From sequence record MN850622.1: 64,000 nucleotides of DNA; one strand, 5' to 3'. The position numbers and the translations under genes were made by a program. The stretch is from Escherichia phage mobillu. Below, piece by piece: positions 16,134 through 25,269 of the stretch. The notes under the pieces are model-generated. The model did not search any database. It was not told where the DNA came from and saw nothing but the letters and a program-made list of their open reading frames with translations. How positions within the stretch are numbered: the first letter of the stretch is position 1; each line of letters begins with the position of its first letter.

Positions 16134-16742
16134 ATGTTTATGCCGTATAACGAGTGTGAAATTGAAGAAATTGTTCGTCGTGCTCAAAACCCCGAATATC
16201 AAGATGTATTGCAGTACGAAATTGATAGTCAATTCAGCGACATTGAACAAAGTGTACTGTGGCAGTGTATGGAAAACAAGCCAGACTGTATTCAACAGGA
16301 GTTAAGTTCAATCGTTCGTAGAAATTGGACGTCTTCTGTTCCTGAGACAATGTATCGTGGAATCTCTAAGAAAACTATGGCCGCACTCGATGATAAAGGC
16401 ATTGGTAGTATTATTAAATTTGACAGAGTAATGAGCTTCAGCCCAGTGTTCGGTGTAGCACGTAACTTTGCTTCGTATAATTTTTACGGAACATTTAATA
16501 TGTTCTGCATCAAAGATGCACCATTTGCTTTCAACTTCCGTGAACATATGCTTAACATGATTCTGGCTGCGCCATCTTGTGAGTTCAATGGAGCTTTCCC
16601 TGAAGCGACAAGACGGTCTAATGCTAGACTTATATCCGACGAATGTGAATTTATGCTCCCTATAGGGACTACACTGCGTGTAGATTCTATTATTCAAGAT
16701 GGACGTTATACAATCTGGAATCTGTCTATTGTCAGTTACTGA
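16134..16742 (+). CDS. ADP-ribosyltransferase, ModA/ModB family (ModA position)
   Basis: 202 aa; MYRGIS, FSPVFGVAR, ECEF motifs; paralog of upstream gene. Confidence 0.7.
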   Translation: MFMPYNECEIEEIVRRAQNPEYQDVLQYEIDSQFSDIEQSVLWQCMENKPDCIQQELSSIVRRNWTSSVPETMYRGISKKTMAALDDKGIGSIIKFDRVMSFSPVFGVARNFASYNFYGTFNMFCIKDAPFAFNFREHMLNMILAAPSCEFNGAFPEATRRSNARLISDECEFMLPIGTTLRVDSIIQDGRYTIWNLSIVSY

Positions 16743-16816
16743 CTGAATTGGAATAACCGGATGGAACTCAGAACCATTATAACACATAAAAAATTAAAGC
16801 ATTTTACGAAAAAAGA

Positions 16817-16845
16817 GTGTACACTACCTGAGGGCATGATATTAT
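16817..16845 (+). promoter_or_regulatory. T4-type early promoter (variant -35 GTGTAC)
   Basis: GTGTAC + 17 + TATTAT upstream of srd. Confidence 0.45.
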
Positions 16846-16894
16846 AAGCTTATCAGCTAAATGACTTAACGTCCGTAAGACAGAGGAAAATATT

Positions 16895-17641
16895 ATGTTA
16901 TCAAATAATAAAATTAACAAAATCAATCGTCGTCTTGACCACACCAGAGCTTCTGCGAAGAGACGCTCTAAGGATTTTAACTTAGACTTTAATTACCTTA
17001 AAAACATTCTTGATCAAAAGGTCTGCGCTTACTCAGGTGAATCTTTCAATAACTCTGTTGAAGGTGAGAAATTATCCTTAGAACGTTTTAATAACGATAT
17101 CGGCTACATTAAAGGTAATGTTATCCCGGTTAAGAAAAAATATAACACGGCTCGTTCTGATTTAACATTAGAAGAACTTATTGAGAAACGTGACGCTGTT
17201 GCAAGACGTATCGCTAATCCTTCTGCCCGTAAAGTAGAGAAACTTAATCTCGACGAGAAGAAATGGGCCCAAATTAAAAAGGTTTATGATACTATTTTAA
17301 AAATCCGAGCAAAACGTGAAAATCGTGTTAAGCATATGGCGAACATGATGAAAAATCAACCTTTATCTAACGAATCTAAACTTAGAATTGTTGCTTTGAA
17401 AGCACGCATTAATGGCTCACATCAAGCAGAAGGCCATGAACTTACTAAACTCAACGTTCTTCTTAAAGGCTCTGACTGGAAAACTAAAACTAAATTAACT
17501 GACGCTGAATCGCTTTTCGATACATATGATAAAGTTATCCAAGGTCTGCAACGCTTTGAAAAGATTGGTTTCATTGGTAAATTAAAATTGAAACGTGGCT
17601 TACCACTTAGCGCATCATTATTCCAACTGATTAAAGGTTAA
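16895..17641 (+). CDS. srd: Srd-like protein (sigma-70/32 decoy-like)
   Basis: 248 aa basic protein located between mod genes and dda as T4 srd. Confidence 0.5.
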   Translation: MLSNNKINKINRRLDHTRASAKRRSKDFNLDFNYLKNILDQKVCAYSGESFNNSVEGEKLSLERFNNDIGYIKGNVIPVKKKYNTARSDLTLEELIEKRDAVARRIANPSARKVEKLNLDEKKWAQIKKVYDTILKIRAKRENRVKHMANMMKNQPLSNESKLRIVALKARINGSHQAEGHELTKLNVLLKGSDWKTKTKLTDAESLFDTYDKVIQGLQRFEKIGFIGKLKLKRGLPLSASLFQLIKG

Positions 17642-17643
17642 TT

Positions 17644-17955
17644 ATGGTTTATGTATATGCAATAGTTTATCGAGATATGGAAGGATTTACCGTCCCGGTT
17701 CCACTTGATGAGCATCGTCCTGCAGTATTTTTTAGAAAGGATATTGCAGATAAAGTTTTCGATACTTTGAAAACACAGTATAAAACAGATTTAAAAATGG
17801 GAGTTCTAAGAATGGTCGAAACTCCGCGTAAGTTCTGGTTTAATAAGCTTGAAATGAAACACGTTAAACTAGATGCGGAGACGCAAAGATTGTATCAACG
17901 AATCCTGGACACAGGCCGTATTGTTAGTATTCCAATTGCAGGGACTTTACGATGA
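17644..17955 (+). CDS. hypothetical protein (dda.1 position)
   Basis: 103 aa, overlaps dda start. Confidence 0.5.
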   Translation: MVYVYAIVYRDMEGFTVPVPLDEHRPAVFFRKDIADKVFDTLKTQYKTDLKMGVLRMVETPRKFWFNKLEMKHVKLDAETQRLYQRILDTGRIVSIPIAGTLR

Positions 17956-19265
17956 CATTTGATGATTTGACTGAAGGCCAGAAAAACGCCTTCAACGTTG
18001 TTATGGAAGCTATTAAAGAAAAGAAACATCACGTAACTATTAATGGGCCTGCTGGTACAGGTAAAACAACCCTTACTAGATTTATTGTTGAAGCTCTTAT
18101 TTCTTCAGGAGAATCAGGTATTATTTTAGCAGCCCCTACACATGCTGCTAAAAAGGTTCTAAGCAAACTTGCGGGTCAAGAAGCATCGACTATTCATAGC
18201 ATTCTTAAAATCAACCCAACTACATACGAAGAAAACGTATTGTTTGAACAGAAAAAGGTTCCCGACTTAGCCTTGTGCCGTGTACTGTTATTTGATGAAG
18301 CGTCAATGTGTGACCGTTCTCTGTTTAAAATAATGTTAGCTAGTATCCCTAAATGGTGTACAGTAATTGGAATTGGTGACCGATGCCAGATTCGTCCAGT
18401 AGACCCAGGTGAATCAACTGCGTATCTAAGTCCTTTCTTCACTCACAAAGACTTTGTGCAATGCAACCTTACAGAAGTTAAACGTAGCAATGCACCAATT
18501 ATTGATGTTGCGACTGATATTCGTAATGGCAAATGGATTTACGATAAAGTAGTTGATGGACACGGTGTTCATGGATATACAGACCTTAAATCGTATATGA
18601 TGAACTATTTTAACGTTGTTAAAACTCCTGAAGACCTTTTCGAAAATCGAATGATGGCATTCACAAATAAGTCGGTGGACAAGTTAAATTCAATTATTCG
18701 CCGAAAACTTCTTGAAACAGAAAAACCATTTATTAAAGACGAAGTCATTGTTCTACAAGAGCCATTTACTAAGACATATAAGCTAGATGGTAAAAATATG
18801 ACCGAAATGCTTTTCAATAACGGGCAATTCGTTCGTATTCGAGATGCTGTAGAAACGTCTACATTCGTTAAAGCACGTGGTGTTTCAGGCGAATATATGA
18901 TACGATACTGGAATCTTACAGTAGAAACATATGGGGATGATGAAGAATACATCCGCGAAGATATAAAGGTTATTTCTTCTGAAGAAGAGCTTTATAAATT
19001 CAATTTGTTTTTGGCTAAGACCGCAGAAACATACAAATTTTGGAATAAAGGTGGTAAAGCCCCATGGAGCGAATTCTGGGATGCTAAACGCATGTTCACT
19101 AAGGTGAAGGCACTACCTGTATCAACCTTCCATAAGGCCCAGGGTATATCTGTTGACACGGCCTTTGTTTATACACCGTGTATCCATTATGCCGATTCAG
19201 AATTAGCCAAACAATTACTATATGTCGGCACGACTCGTGGTCGTTTTGACGTCCATTTTATTTGA
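17952..19265 (+). CDS. dda: Dda SF1B DNA helicase
   Basis: 437 aa; MTFDDLTEGQKNAFN...INGPAGTGKTT near-identical to T4 Dda. Confidence 0.95.
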   Translation: MTFDDLTEGQKNAFNVVMEAIKEKKHHVTINGPAGTGKTTLTRFIVEALISSGESGIILAAPTHAAKKVLSKLAGQEASTIHSILKINPTTYEENVLFEQKKVPDLALCRVLLFDEASMCDRSLFKIMLASIPKWCTVIGIGDRCQIRPVDPGESTAYLSPFFTHKDFVQCNLTEVKRSNAPIIDVATDIRNGKWIYDKVVDGHGVHGYTDLKSYMMNYFNVVKTPEDLFENRMMAFTNKSVDKLNSIIRRKLLETEKPFIKDEVIVLQEPFTKTYKLDGKNMTEMLFNNGQFVRIRDAVETSTFVKARGVSGEYMIRYWNLTVETYGDDEEYIREDIKVISSEEELYKFNLFLAKTAETYKFWNKGGKAPWSEFWDAKRMFTKVKALPVSTFHKAQGISVDTAFVYTPCIHYADSELAKQLLYVGTTRGRFDVHFI

Positions 19266-19274
19266 GAGAAAATT

Positions 19275-19952
19275 ATGAGCACTGATGTTATTATAGATTT
19301 TGAAACATTCGGCAATACATCAAAAGCGGCTGTTATTGACCTTGCGGTTATTGCATATAATTCCGACCCTGAAGTTGTTGAATCATTTGAAGAACTTGTT
19401 CAACGAGGTAAGCGAATTAAATTTAATTTAGCTTCTCAGAAAGGGAAGCGAGTTTTCGCTAAATCCACTATGAAATGGTGGAAAGAGCAATCGGCTGAAG
19501 CACGTAAAAACTTGGCCCCGTCTGAAGACGATGTCACTACGCTTGAAGGCATTAAAATCTTTTTAGATTATTGTCGAGCTAATAAAGTTGACCAATGGAA
19601 ATCACAGATGTGGTGCCGTGGTATGAGCTTTGACTTCCCGATCTTGGTCGATTTGATTCGTGACCTCTATCGTGATGAAGGTGTTCTTGAACCAGATATT
19701 GATACTGATAAATTAGAACCGGTTAAATTCTGGGCTCAACGTGATATTCGTACGGCAATCGAAGCTTACTCGTTGACACGAGGATTAAGTATGTGTCCAT
19801 TACCGATGGGTACGCTAAAAGGATTCGTTGCCCATGATAGTATTCATGATTGTGCTAAAGATATTTTGATGTTAAAATATGCTCAGCGTTATGCGCTTGG
19901 CCTTGAAGATGTCCCTGAGAATCCTGACCCATTAAGTGTAAAACAGCGATAA
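19275..19952 (+). CDS. dexA: DexA exonuclease A
   Basis: 225 aa; IIDFETFG, WCRGMSFDFPILVDLIRD, HDSIHDCAKDI match T4 DexA. Confidence 0.9.
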   Translation: MSTDVIIDFETFGNTSKAAVIDLAVIAYNSDPEVVESFEELVQRGKRIKFNLASQKGKRVFAKSTMKWWKEQSAEARKNLAPSEDDVTTLEGIKIFLDYCRANKVDQWKSQMWCRGMSFDFPILVDLIRDLYRDEGVLEPDIDTDKLEPVKFWAQRDIRTAIEAYSLTRGLSMCPLPMGTLKGFVAHDSIHDCAKDILMLKYAQRYALGLEDVPENPDPLSVKQR

Positions 19953-19957
19953 AACCG

Positions 19958-19987
19958 GTTTACAACCAAGGATGGTTGGAGTATAAT
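19958..19987 (+). promoter_or_regulatory. T4-type early promoter
   Basis: GTTTAC + 18 + TATAAT; ccaagg...ccttgg-like repeat in spacer. Confidence 0.6.
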
Positions 19988-20018
19988 CTTTCTATCTTAA
20001 CCAAACAGGAAAAACATT

Positions 20019-20513
20019 ATGAATATCAATACTACGGCTACTTACATCCTGAAAGACGAAAAACAAATCAACTGGTACGGTGCTTCAGTGCGAGCTTATG
20101 AAAAGTTTTGTGAAATTTTAGGTGCCACTCAAGGTAATAGTTTCACTATTGTTAACTTCATCAAACAAGCTGAAGGCCCTTGGTTATTCTTAGAAATTAA
20201 AAATTCATACGGTACAATTTCTACTGCCGCCCTTCCAAGCACCGACTTTGAACTGTTGATTGAAGAAGTAGAACCTGTTAAAGACATCTGTATTGATATG
20301 GATATCGCTTGTATGTACGGTACTCTGATTAAGCCTATTGAGCCTACTGATTTGTTGTGTAAATATGTTTCAATTCGACGACCGTTCGCTGGTCCAGTAA
20401 ATGGCTGGGTGTCTGACCAGTGGATTGAAGAAGGTGTTGAACTTCTGAACGTTGTTCATGCAGGTGATTTTAGTGTAGTTCCACGTAGTGCTGTGGTTAA
20501 TATCCTTAATTAA
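20019..20513 (+). CDS. hypothetical protein, paralog family member 1
   Basis: 164 aa; C-terminal GWVSDQWIEEGVELLNVVHAGDFSVVP shared with two downstream paralogs. Confidence 0.55.
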   Translation: MNINTTATYILKDEKQINWYGASVRAYEKFCEILGATQGNSFTIVNFIKQAEGPWLFLEIKNSYGTISTAALPSTDFELLIEEVEPVKDICIDMDIACMYGTLIKPIEPTDLLCKYVSIRRPFAGPVNGWVSDQWIEEGVELLNVVHAGDFSVVPRSAVVNILN

Positions 20514-20515
20514 TG

Positions 20516-20545
20516 TTGTACATCCAAGGATGGATGGAGTATAGT
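20516..20545 (+). promoter_or_regulatory. T4-type early promoter (variant -35 TTGTAC)
   Basis: TTGTAC + 18 + TATAGT; near-duplicate of 19958 cassette. Confidence 0.45.
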
Positions 20546-20575
20546 GAATTCAATTTAAACAAAGAGAGAGAAATT

Positions 20576-21031
20576 ATGATTGCTATTGGTGAAATTAAGC
20601 GTGTATCGTCTGCATCTCGTTCTAAAGCTGCAGGTCGTCTAGTTGAAGTGGTAGGACTTCGTACTAATGGTACTGGTCGTGTTAAAGAAGTTAAAGTTCG
20701 AATCATTCCTAGTTCTGGAAAAACTGAAACTCAGTACGCTTACGTAAGTCCTAAATTTTTGGAAACTCATGTGAGCGCTCATTTTGCTTCTACTGAACCT
20801 AATGCACAGTTCAAATGGGCCCTTTGCAAAGGTGTTGAATTCCAGACTGATAAAGAATTTGACTTCATCGATGAATATGGTTATCCAAGCAAAACTGATA
20901 CTATGTGTGGCTTCATTAGTGACCAATGGGTTGAAGATGGTGAAAAGTTATACAATATCGTATTCTTAGGTGACTTCCGAGTTGTTAAAGAATCTGAAAT
21001 CACTCGCTATGTGTCTCCTCGTAAAGCTTAA
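20576..21031 (+). CDS. hypothetical protein, paralog family member 2
   Basis: 151 aa from internal ATG (track start lies in promoter); SRSKAAGRLVEV and GFISDQWVEDGEKLYNIVFLGDF motifs. Confidence 0.55.
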   Translation: MIAIGEIKRVSSASRSKAAGRLVEVVGLRTNGTGRVKEVKVRIIPSSGKTETQYAYVSPKFLETHVSAHFASTEPNAQFKWALCKGVEFQTDKEFDFIDEYGYPSKTDTMCGFISDQWVEDGEKLYNIVFLGDFRVVKESEITRYVSPRKA

Positions 21032-21040
21032 GGAATTATT

Positions 21041-21460
21041 ATGAATATTGTAAATCTCTCTACAGGTGATTACGTATATGTATCCGTTGCTTCTCGCTCT
21101 AAAGTTGCCGGGAAGTTGGTTGAAGTTCTTTCTGTGAGTGATCCGGTTTTTGGACGTAACGAAGTTAAAGTTCGTGACGCTGATGGTAACATTGGTTATG
21201 TCTCAAGCCAATTCATTGAACCAGAAGAAAAAGCGTTCAAATGGGGACTATGCAGATCAGTTTCTGTTGAAAAAGACCATGAATTCACTATTGCTGCGGC
21301 AACTGATGGAACACCGTGGAAAACTAAGCAAATCGCCGGATTTATTAGCGACCGTTGGGTAGAAGATGGTGTTAAGCTTTATAACATCGTTTTCGCTGGA
21401 CAGTTCATGGTAGTTCCTGAATTCCAAATTAAAAAATATAGCCCAGCTGCTTTTGCATAA
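21041..21460 (+). CDS. hypothetical protein, paralog family member 3
   Basis: 139 aa; SRSKVAGKLVEV and GFISDRWVEDGVKLYNIVFAGQF motifs. Confidence 0.55.
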   Translation: MNIVNLSTGDYVYVSVASRSKVAGKLVEVLSVSDPVFGRNEVKVRDADGNIGYVSSQFIEPEEKAFKWGLCRSVSVEKDHEFTIAAATDGTPWKTKQIAGFISDRWVEDGVKLYNIVFAGQFMVVPEFQIKKYSPAAFA

Positions 21461-21464
21461 AGTT

Positions 21465-21493
21465 GTTTACTTCTCCTCTGGTTTTGATATTAT
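21465..21493 (+). promoter_or_regulatory. T4-type early promoter with 9-bp inverted repeat around -10
   Basis: GTTTAC + 17 + TATTAT; cctctggtt / aaccagagg. Confidence 0.6.
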
Positions 21494-21519
21494 AACCATA
21501 TCAACCAGAGGAGAATAAT

Positions 21520-22044
21520 ATGTTAGTTTACCGCGTAGAACGTAGTTTTTGTACTCAACGTGAATCATTACCAGGAATTGCTATCGAAGACGGTAAAGCC
21601 GTCAGAATTTGGGAAACCTCTTGGAATAAAGAACCTCGCTCGCCGTACGGTTGGTCGGGCACCGACAACTCTGAAGAAACATGGGAGTTCCTTGATAAAC
21701 ACGGAATACTCTCAGGTAACTTCTACCATCACGGCGACAACTATAATGTCCCTAATCGTCCTACAGTAAATGAAGACAAACTCCTTGAACAAAATATCTT
21801 AAGATACCATAGAATTGAGTACACATTTGAATTGAGTGAAGATTGGGCTCAAGGGTTCTATTTTGGATTTGAAAGTGTTGACGCGGTTTATGCATGGTTT
21901 GATGACCAGGTGGATGTTGAACTCTTGAAAGCTAAAGGATACTACATCGCGGTCTATGAAGCACCTGATTTCATCCTCGGAAGTTGTCAATTAATGTTCA
22001 GACGTTCATTGGCAGAACAAGTTGATTTTATTTTGCTAAAATGA
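21520..22044 (+). CDS. hypothetical protein
   Basis: 174 aa ORF after early promoter with GAGGAG RBS. Confidence 0.55.
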   Translation: MLVYRVERSFCTQRESLPGIAIEDGKAVRIWETSWNKEPRSPYGWSGTDNSEETWEFLDKHGILSGNFYHHGDNYNVPNRPTVNEDKLLEQNILRYHRIEYTFELSEDWAQGFYFGFESVDAVYAWFDDQVDVELLKAKGYYIAVYEAPDFILGSCQLMFRRSLAEQVDFILLK

Positions 22045-22073
22045 TGTACAACAACTATGGTCTATGATACTAT
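22044..22073 (+). promoter_or_regulatory. T4-type early promoter (variant -35 ATGTAC)
   Basis: ATGTAC + 18 + TACTAT; ggtctat / atagacc inverted repeat. Confidence 0.45.
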
Positions 22074-22101
22074 AGACCTATCAAAACAAGAGGAGAATAT
22101 T

Positions 22102-22329
22102 ATGAAACGTCAAATCATTAAAAACGTAACTACTGATTCAAACATCGATGAGTTTGAAGATGTTCTGTTTAATCCTGATTTAGTTGTTGTACAGAAAAAC
22201 TGGACTGAATTTTTATGCTACACTGAAGTGGTTTACGTTTACGAAAAACTCGGCGATGAAATGCCTATCTATGGTATCTTCCGTGAAATCACTGAAAATG
22301 GTACAACTTATTGGAAGGAAACTTACTAA
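22102..22329 (+). CDS. hypothetical protein
   Basis: 75 aa from ATG with AAGAGGAG RBS; track start 22057 lies inside promoter hairpin. Confidence 0.5.
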   Translation: MKRQIIKNVTTDSNIDEFEDVLFNPDLVVVQKNWTEFLCYTEVVYVYEKLGDEMPIYGIFREITENGTTYWKETY

Positions 22330-22742
22330 TGGCTAATAAATTCCGCGTTAACTCATGGTACCAATTTAAAGATAAACGTGCCCAAGAAGAGTTTATTAAA
22401 GACCACACTGATAATGGGATTTATGCACGACGTCTTGGCATGGAACCATTTAAAGTATTAGATGTTGACCATCTTGGTCGTCCTACTAAAATTGTGACAT
22501 CTACTGGCACGGTTGGATACGCAACAGGCGGTGATATCCTTGATGAAAACTTTATCTGGCTCTCCACGAATGAAGCAGAATTCTTTGACGAAGTTGGAAA
22601 TCCATATCAAGCGTCCGAAGAGCAAGATTCTGGTGAACTTGATGAATTGTCTGAATTTCCGGTGATGACGATTACTATCGAAAATAACGACCAGGCATGG
22701 TCTTTGTATCAAATGTTGAAAGCTCACTTTAAGGAACAATAA
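22329..22742 (+). CDS. hypothetical acidic protein
   Basis: TAATG overlap; 137 aa. Confidence 0.5.
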   Translation: MANKFRVNSWYQFKDKRAQEEFIKDHTDNGIYARRLGMEPFKVLDVDHLGRPTKIVTSTGTVGYATGGDILDENFIWLSTNEAEFFDEVGNPYQASEEQDSGELDELSEFPVMTITIENNDQAWSLYQMLKAHFKEQ

Positions 22743-22921
22743 TGCCGTTATACGACTATAAATGTCAATCTGAAGATTGTGGTCATGAATATGAAAAAAT
22801 TAAAAGAATTTCTGAACGAGAAAACGATGTTTGCCTTGAATGTCATCGTCTGTCTACTCGTCGGGTTTCTGCTCCTAAACATGTGAACGGTGGTTTTTAC
22901 GACTTACTTAAGAAGGGTTAA
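22742..22921 (+). CDS. FmdB-family zinc-ribbon protein
   Basis: 59 aa ORF missed by track; [18 protein letters not shown]...CLECH two CxxC pairs typical of FmdB zinc ribbon; TAATG overlap. Confidence 0.6.
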   Translation: MPLYDYKCQSEDCGHEYEKIKRISERENDVCLECHRLSTRRVSAPKHVNGGFYDLLKKG

Positions 22922-22923
22922 TT

Positions 22924-23346
22924 ATGGCTTTTAAAGGTTTTGAAGTTGGTAAGAAATATCGTATTATCAAAGGACAGGAAGATAATTTCTTGAGAATTCT
23001 TAATACGACTGGTAAACGTCTTAACACTACTCTGCATACAGTTTTATTATCAAGAGATTTTATTGTAGAAGAGATGATTGGTTATGGTGTTTCAATGATT
23101 GCCGCTGAAACCGATGGACCTGGACGTACAATCATTAGTATGCAAGGTGATATTCTAATTTACGGTGCAGAATTTAAATTCTTTGAAGAAGTTCCTGAAT
23201 CAGATACAGCCGTAGATTTCAAAAAAGGCTCTATAGAATTTGTTGATGGTTCGGTGATCGTATCAGGTGATGTGGTCATTACAGTTAAAAGTGAACAAGG
23301 GCGTTTGGCTGCAATTGATGCACTTCAGAAAATTAAATTTAAATAA
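22924..23346 (+). CDS. hypothetical protein
   Basis: 140 aa; followed by UUCG hairpin terminator. Confidence 0.5.
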   Translation: MAFKGFEVGKKYRIIKGQEDNFLRILNTTGKRLNTTLHTVLLSRDFIVEEMIGYGVSMIAAETDGPGRTIISMQGDILIYGAEFKFFEEVPESDTAVDFKKGSIEFVDGSVIVSGDVVITVKSEQGRLAAIDALQKIKFK

Positions 23347-23365
23347 GGGCTTCGGCCCTTTTTGC
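23347..23365 (+). terminator. intrinsic terminator
   Basis: gggcTTCGgccc + TTTTT. Confidence 0.65.
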
Positions 23366-23409
23366 TTTAGATTTCGGATGATAGAATACCTTCATAACGA
23401 GGAGACAAC

Positions 23410-25227
23410 ATGATTAAAAATGAAATTAAGGTATTGTCAGATGTAGAACATATTAAGAAACGTAGTGGTATGTATATTGGTTCTTCGGCTAAAGAAGCCC
23501 ACGAGCGTTTTTTGTTTGGTAAATATCAACAAGTTGAATATGTTCCTGGTCTGGTTAAATTAATCGATGAGATTATTGACAACTCGGTTGATGAAGCTAT
23601 TCGTACATCATTTAAGTTTGCAAATAAAATTGATGTGCAAATTAAAAATAATCAAGTTTCGGTGGAAGATAACGGACGTGGTATTCCTCAAGGTTTAGTT
23701 ACCGACCAAACAGGTGAACAAATTCCTGGACCTGTAGCAGCCTGGACTATTCCAAAGGCCGGTGGTAACTTTGGTGATGACTCTGAACGCAAGACTGGTG
23801 GTATGAACGGCGTCGGGAGTAGTTTAACTAATATCTTCTCTACGTTGTTTACAGGCATCACGTCAGATGGCGAAAACGAAATCACTGTTAACTGTTCAAA
23901 CGGAATGGAAAACAAATCATGGTCTTCTAAGAAATCTAAAGGTAAAGGCACTAAAGTAATCTTCACTCCTGATTTCTCTTCATTTGAAGAGCATAATTTA
24001 TCTCAAATTTATTTAGATATTACTTTAGACCGACTTCAAACATTGGCAGTCGTTTATCCTGATATCAAGTTCACATTTAATGGTAAAAAGGTTGATGGTA
24101 ATTTTAAACGATTTGCTAAACAATTTGGCGAAGATAACATCATTCAAGAAAATGATAAAGTCTCTATAGCATTCACAACATCACCAGATGGCTTCCGTCA
24201 TTTAACTTATGTGAATAACATCCATACTAAAAATGGTGGTCATCATGTTGAATGTGTAATGGATGATATCTGTGAACATCTTTTGCCTGGTATTAAAAAG
24301 AAATATAAGGGTATTGAAGTCACTAAAGCTCGTGTTAAAGAATGTCTCACAATGTTGATGTTTATTAGAGACATGAGCAACATGCGTTTTGATTCTCAGA
24401 CTAAAGAACGTTTAACGTCAACGTATGGTGATATTCGTAATCATATCCAATTAGATGCTAAGAAAATTGCTCAGGCACTTCTTAAAAACGAAGCCTTGAT
24501 TATGCCTATTGTTGAAGCAGCATTAGCTCGTAAATTGGCAGCAGAAAAGGCTGCAGAAACTAAAGCAGCTAAAAAGGCAACTAAAGCTAAGGTTCATAAG
24601 CATATTAAAGCTAACCAATGTGGTAAAGATGCAGATACGACATTGTTTTTAACAGAAGGTGATTCGGCAATTGGTTATCTCATTGATGTTCGTGACCGTG
24701 AACTACACGGCGGATTCCCATTACGTGGTAAGGTGATGAATAGCTGGGGTATGTCATATGCTGATATGATGAAGAACAAAGAGCTCTTTGATATCTGTGC
24801 TATCACGGGTCTTATTCTTGGTGAAAAGGCAGAGAATACGAACTATCGTAATATTGCAATTATGACCGATGCCGATCATGACGGTCTTGGAAGTATTTAT
24901 CCGGCTTTGCTTGCTTTCTTTAGTAATTGGCCTGAATTGTTTGAACAAGGACGTATTCGCTTTGTTAAAACGCCTGTAATTATTGCACAAATTGGCAAAA
25001 CTCAAAAATGGTTTTATACTGTAGCTGAGTATGAAGAAGTTAAAGATACACTGCCTAAGCATAGTATTAGATACATCAAGGGATTAGGCTCCCTTGAAAA
25101 GTCAGAATATCGTGAAATGATTCAGAACCCTGTGTACGACGTAGTTAAACTTCCTGAAAATTGGAAAGAACTCTTTGAAATGTTGATGGGTGATGATTCA
25201 GAACTTCGTAAAGAATGGATGTCCTAA
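23410..25227 (+). CDS. 39: DNA topoisomerase II large subunit (fused gp39+gp60, GyrB-like ATPase/Toprim)
   Basis: 605 aa; GHKL ATPase motifs (DNSVDEA, GG.NG), Toprim region; length equals uninterrupted 39-60 fusion. Confidence 0.9.
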   Translation: MIKNEIKVLSDVEHIKKRSGMYIGSSAKEAHERFLFGKYQQVEYVPGLVKLIDEIIDNSVDEAIRTSFKFANKIDVQIKNNQVSVEDNGRGIPQGLVTDQTGEQIPGPVAAWTIPKAGGNFGDDSERKTGGMNGVGSSLTNIFSTLFTGITSDGENEITVNCSNGMENKSWSSKKSKGKGTKVIFTPDFSSFEEHNLSQIYLDITLDRLQTLAVVYPDIKFTFNGKKVDGNFKRFAKQFGEDNIIQENDKVSIAFTTSPDGFRHLTYVNNIHTKNGGHHVECVMDDICEHLLPGIKKKYKGIEVTKARVKECLTMLMFIRDMSNMRFDSQTKERLTSTYGDIRNHIQLDAKKIAQALLKNEALIMPIVEAALARKLAAEKAAETKAAKKATKAKVHKHIKANQCGKDADTTLFLTEGDSAIGYLIDVRDRELHGGFPLRGKVMNSWGMSYADMMKNKELFDICAITGLILGEKAENTNYRNIAIMTDADHDGLGSIYPALLAFFSNWPELFEQGRIRFVKTPVIIAQIGKTQKWFYTVAEYEEVKDTLPKHSIRYIKGLGSLEKSEYREMIQNPVYDVVKLPENWKELFEMLMGDDSELRKEWMS

Positions 25228-25255
25228 GCTCCTTCGGGAGCTTCATTTTAATTTT
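25227..25255 (+). terminator. hairpin (possible terminator) after gene 39
   Basis: agctccTTCGggagct, weak T-run. Confidence 0.45.
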
Positions 25256-25269
25256 AATAAGGCTTAATT

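Noticed and set aside
16308-16787. Minus-strand 159-aa ORF overlapping the ModA-like gene
   Set aside because: Antisense to a gene with clear ART motifs and its own promoter; no independent signals.
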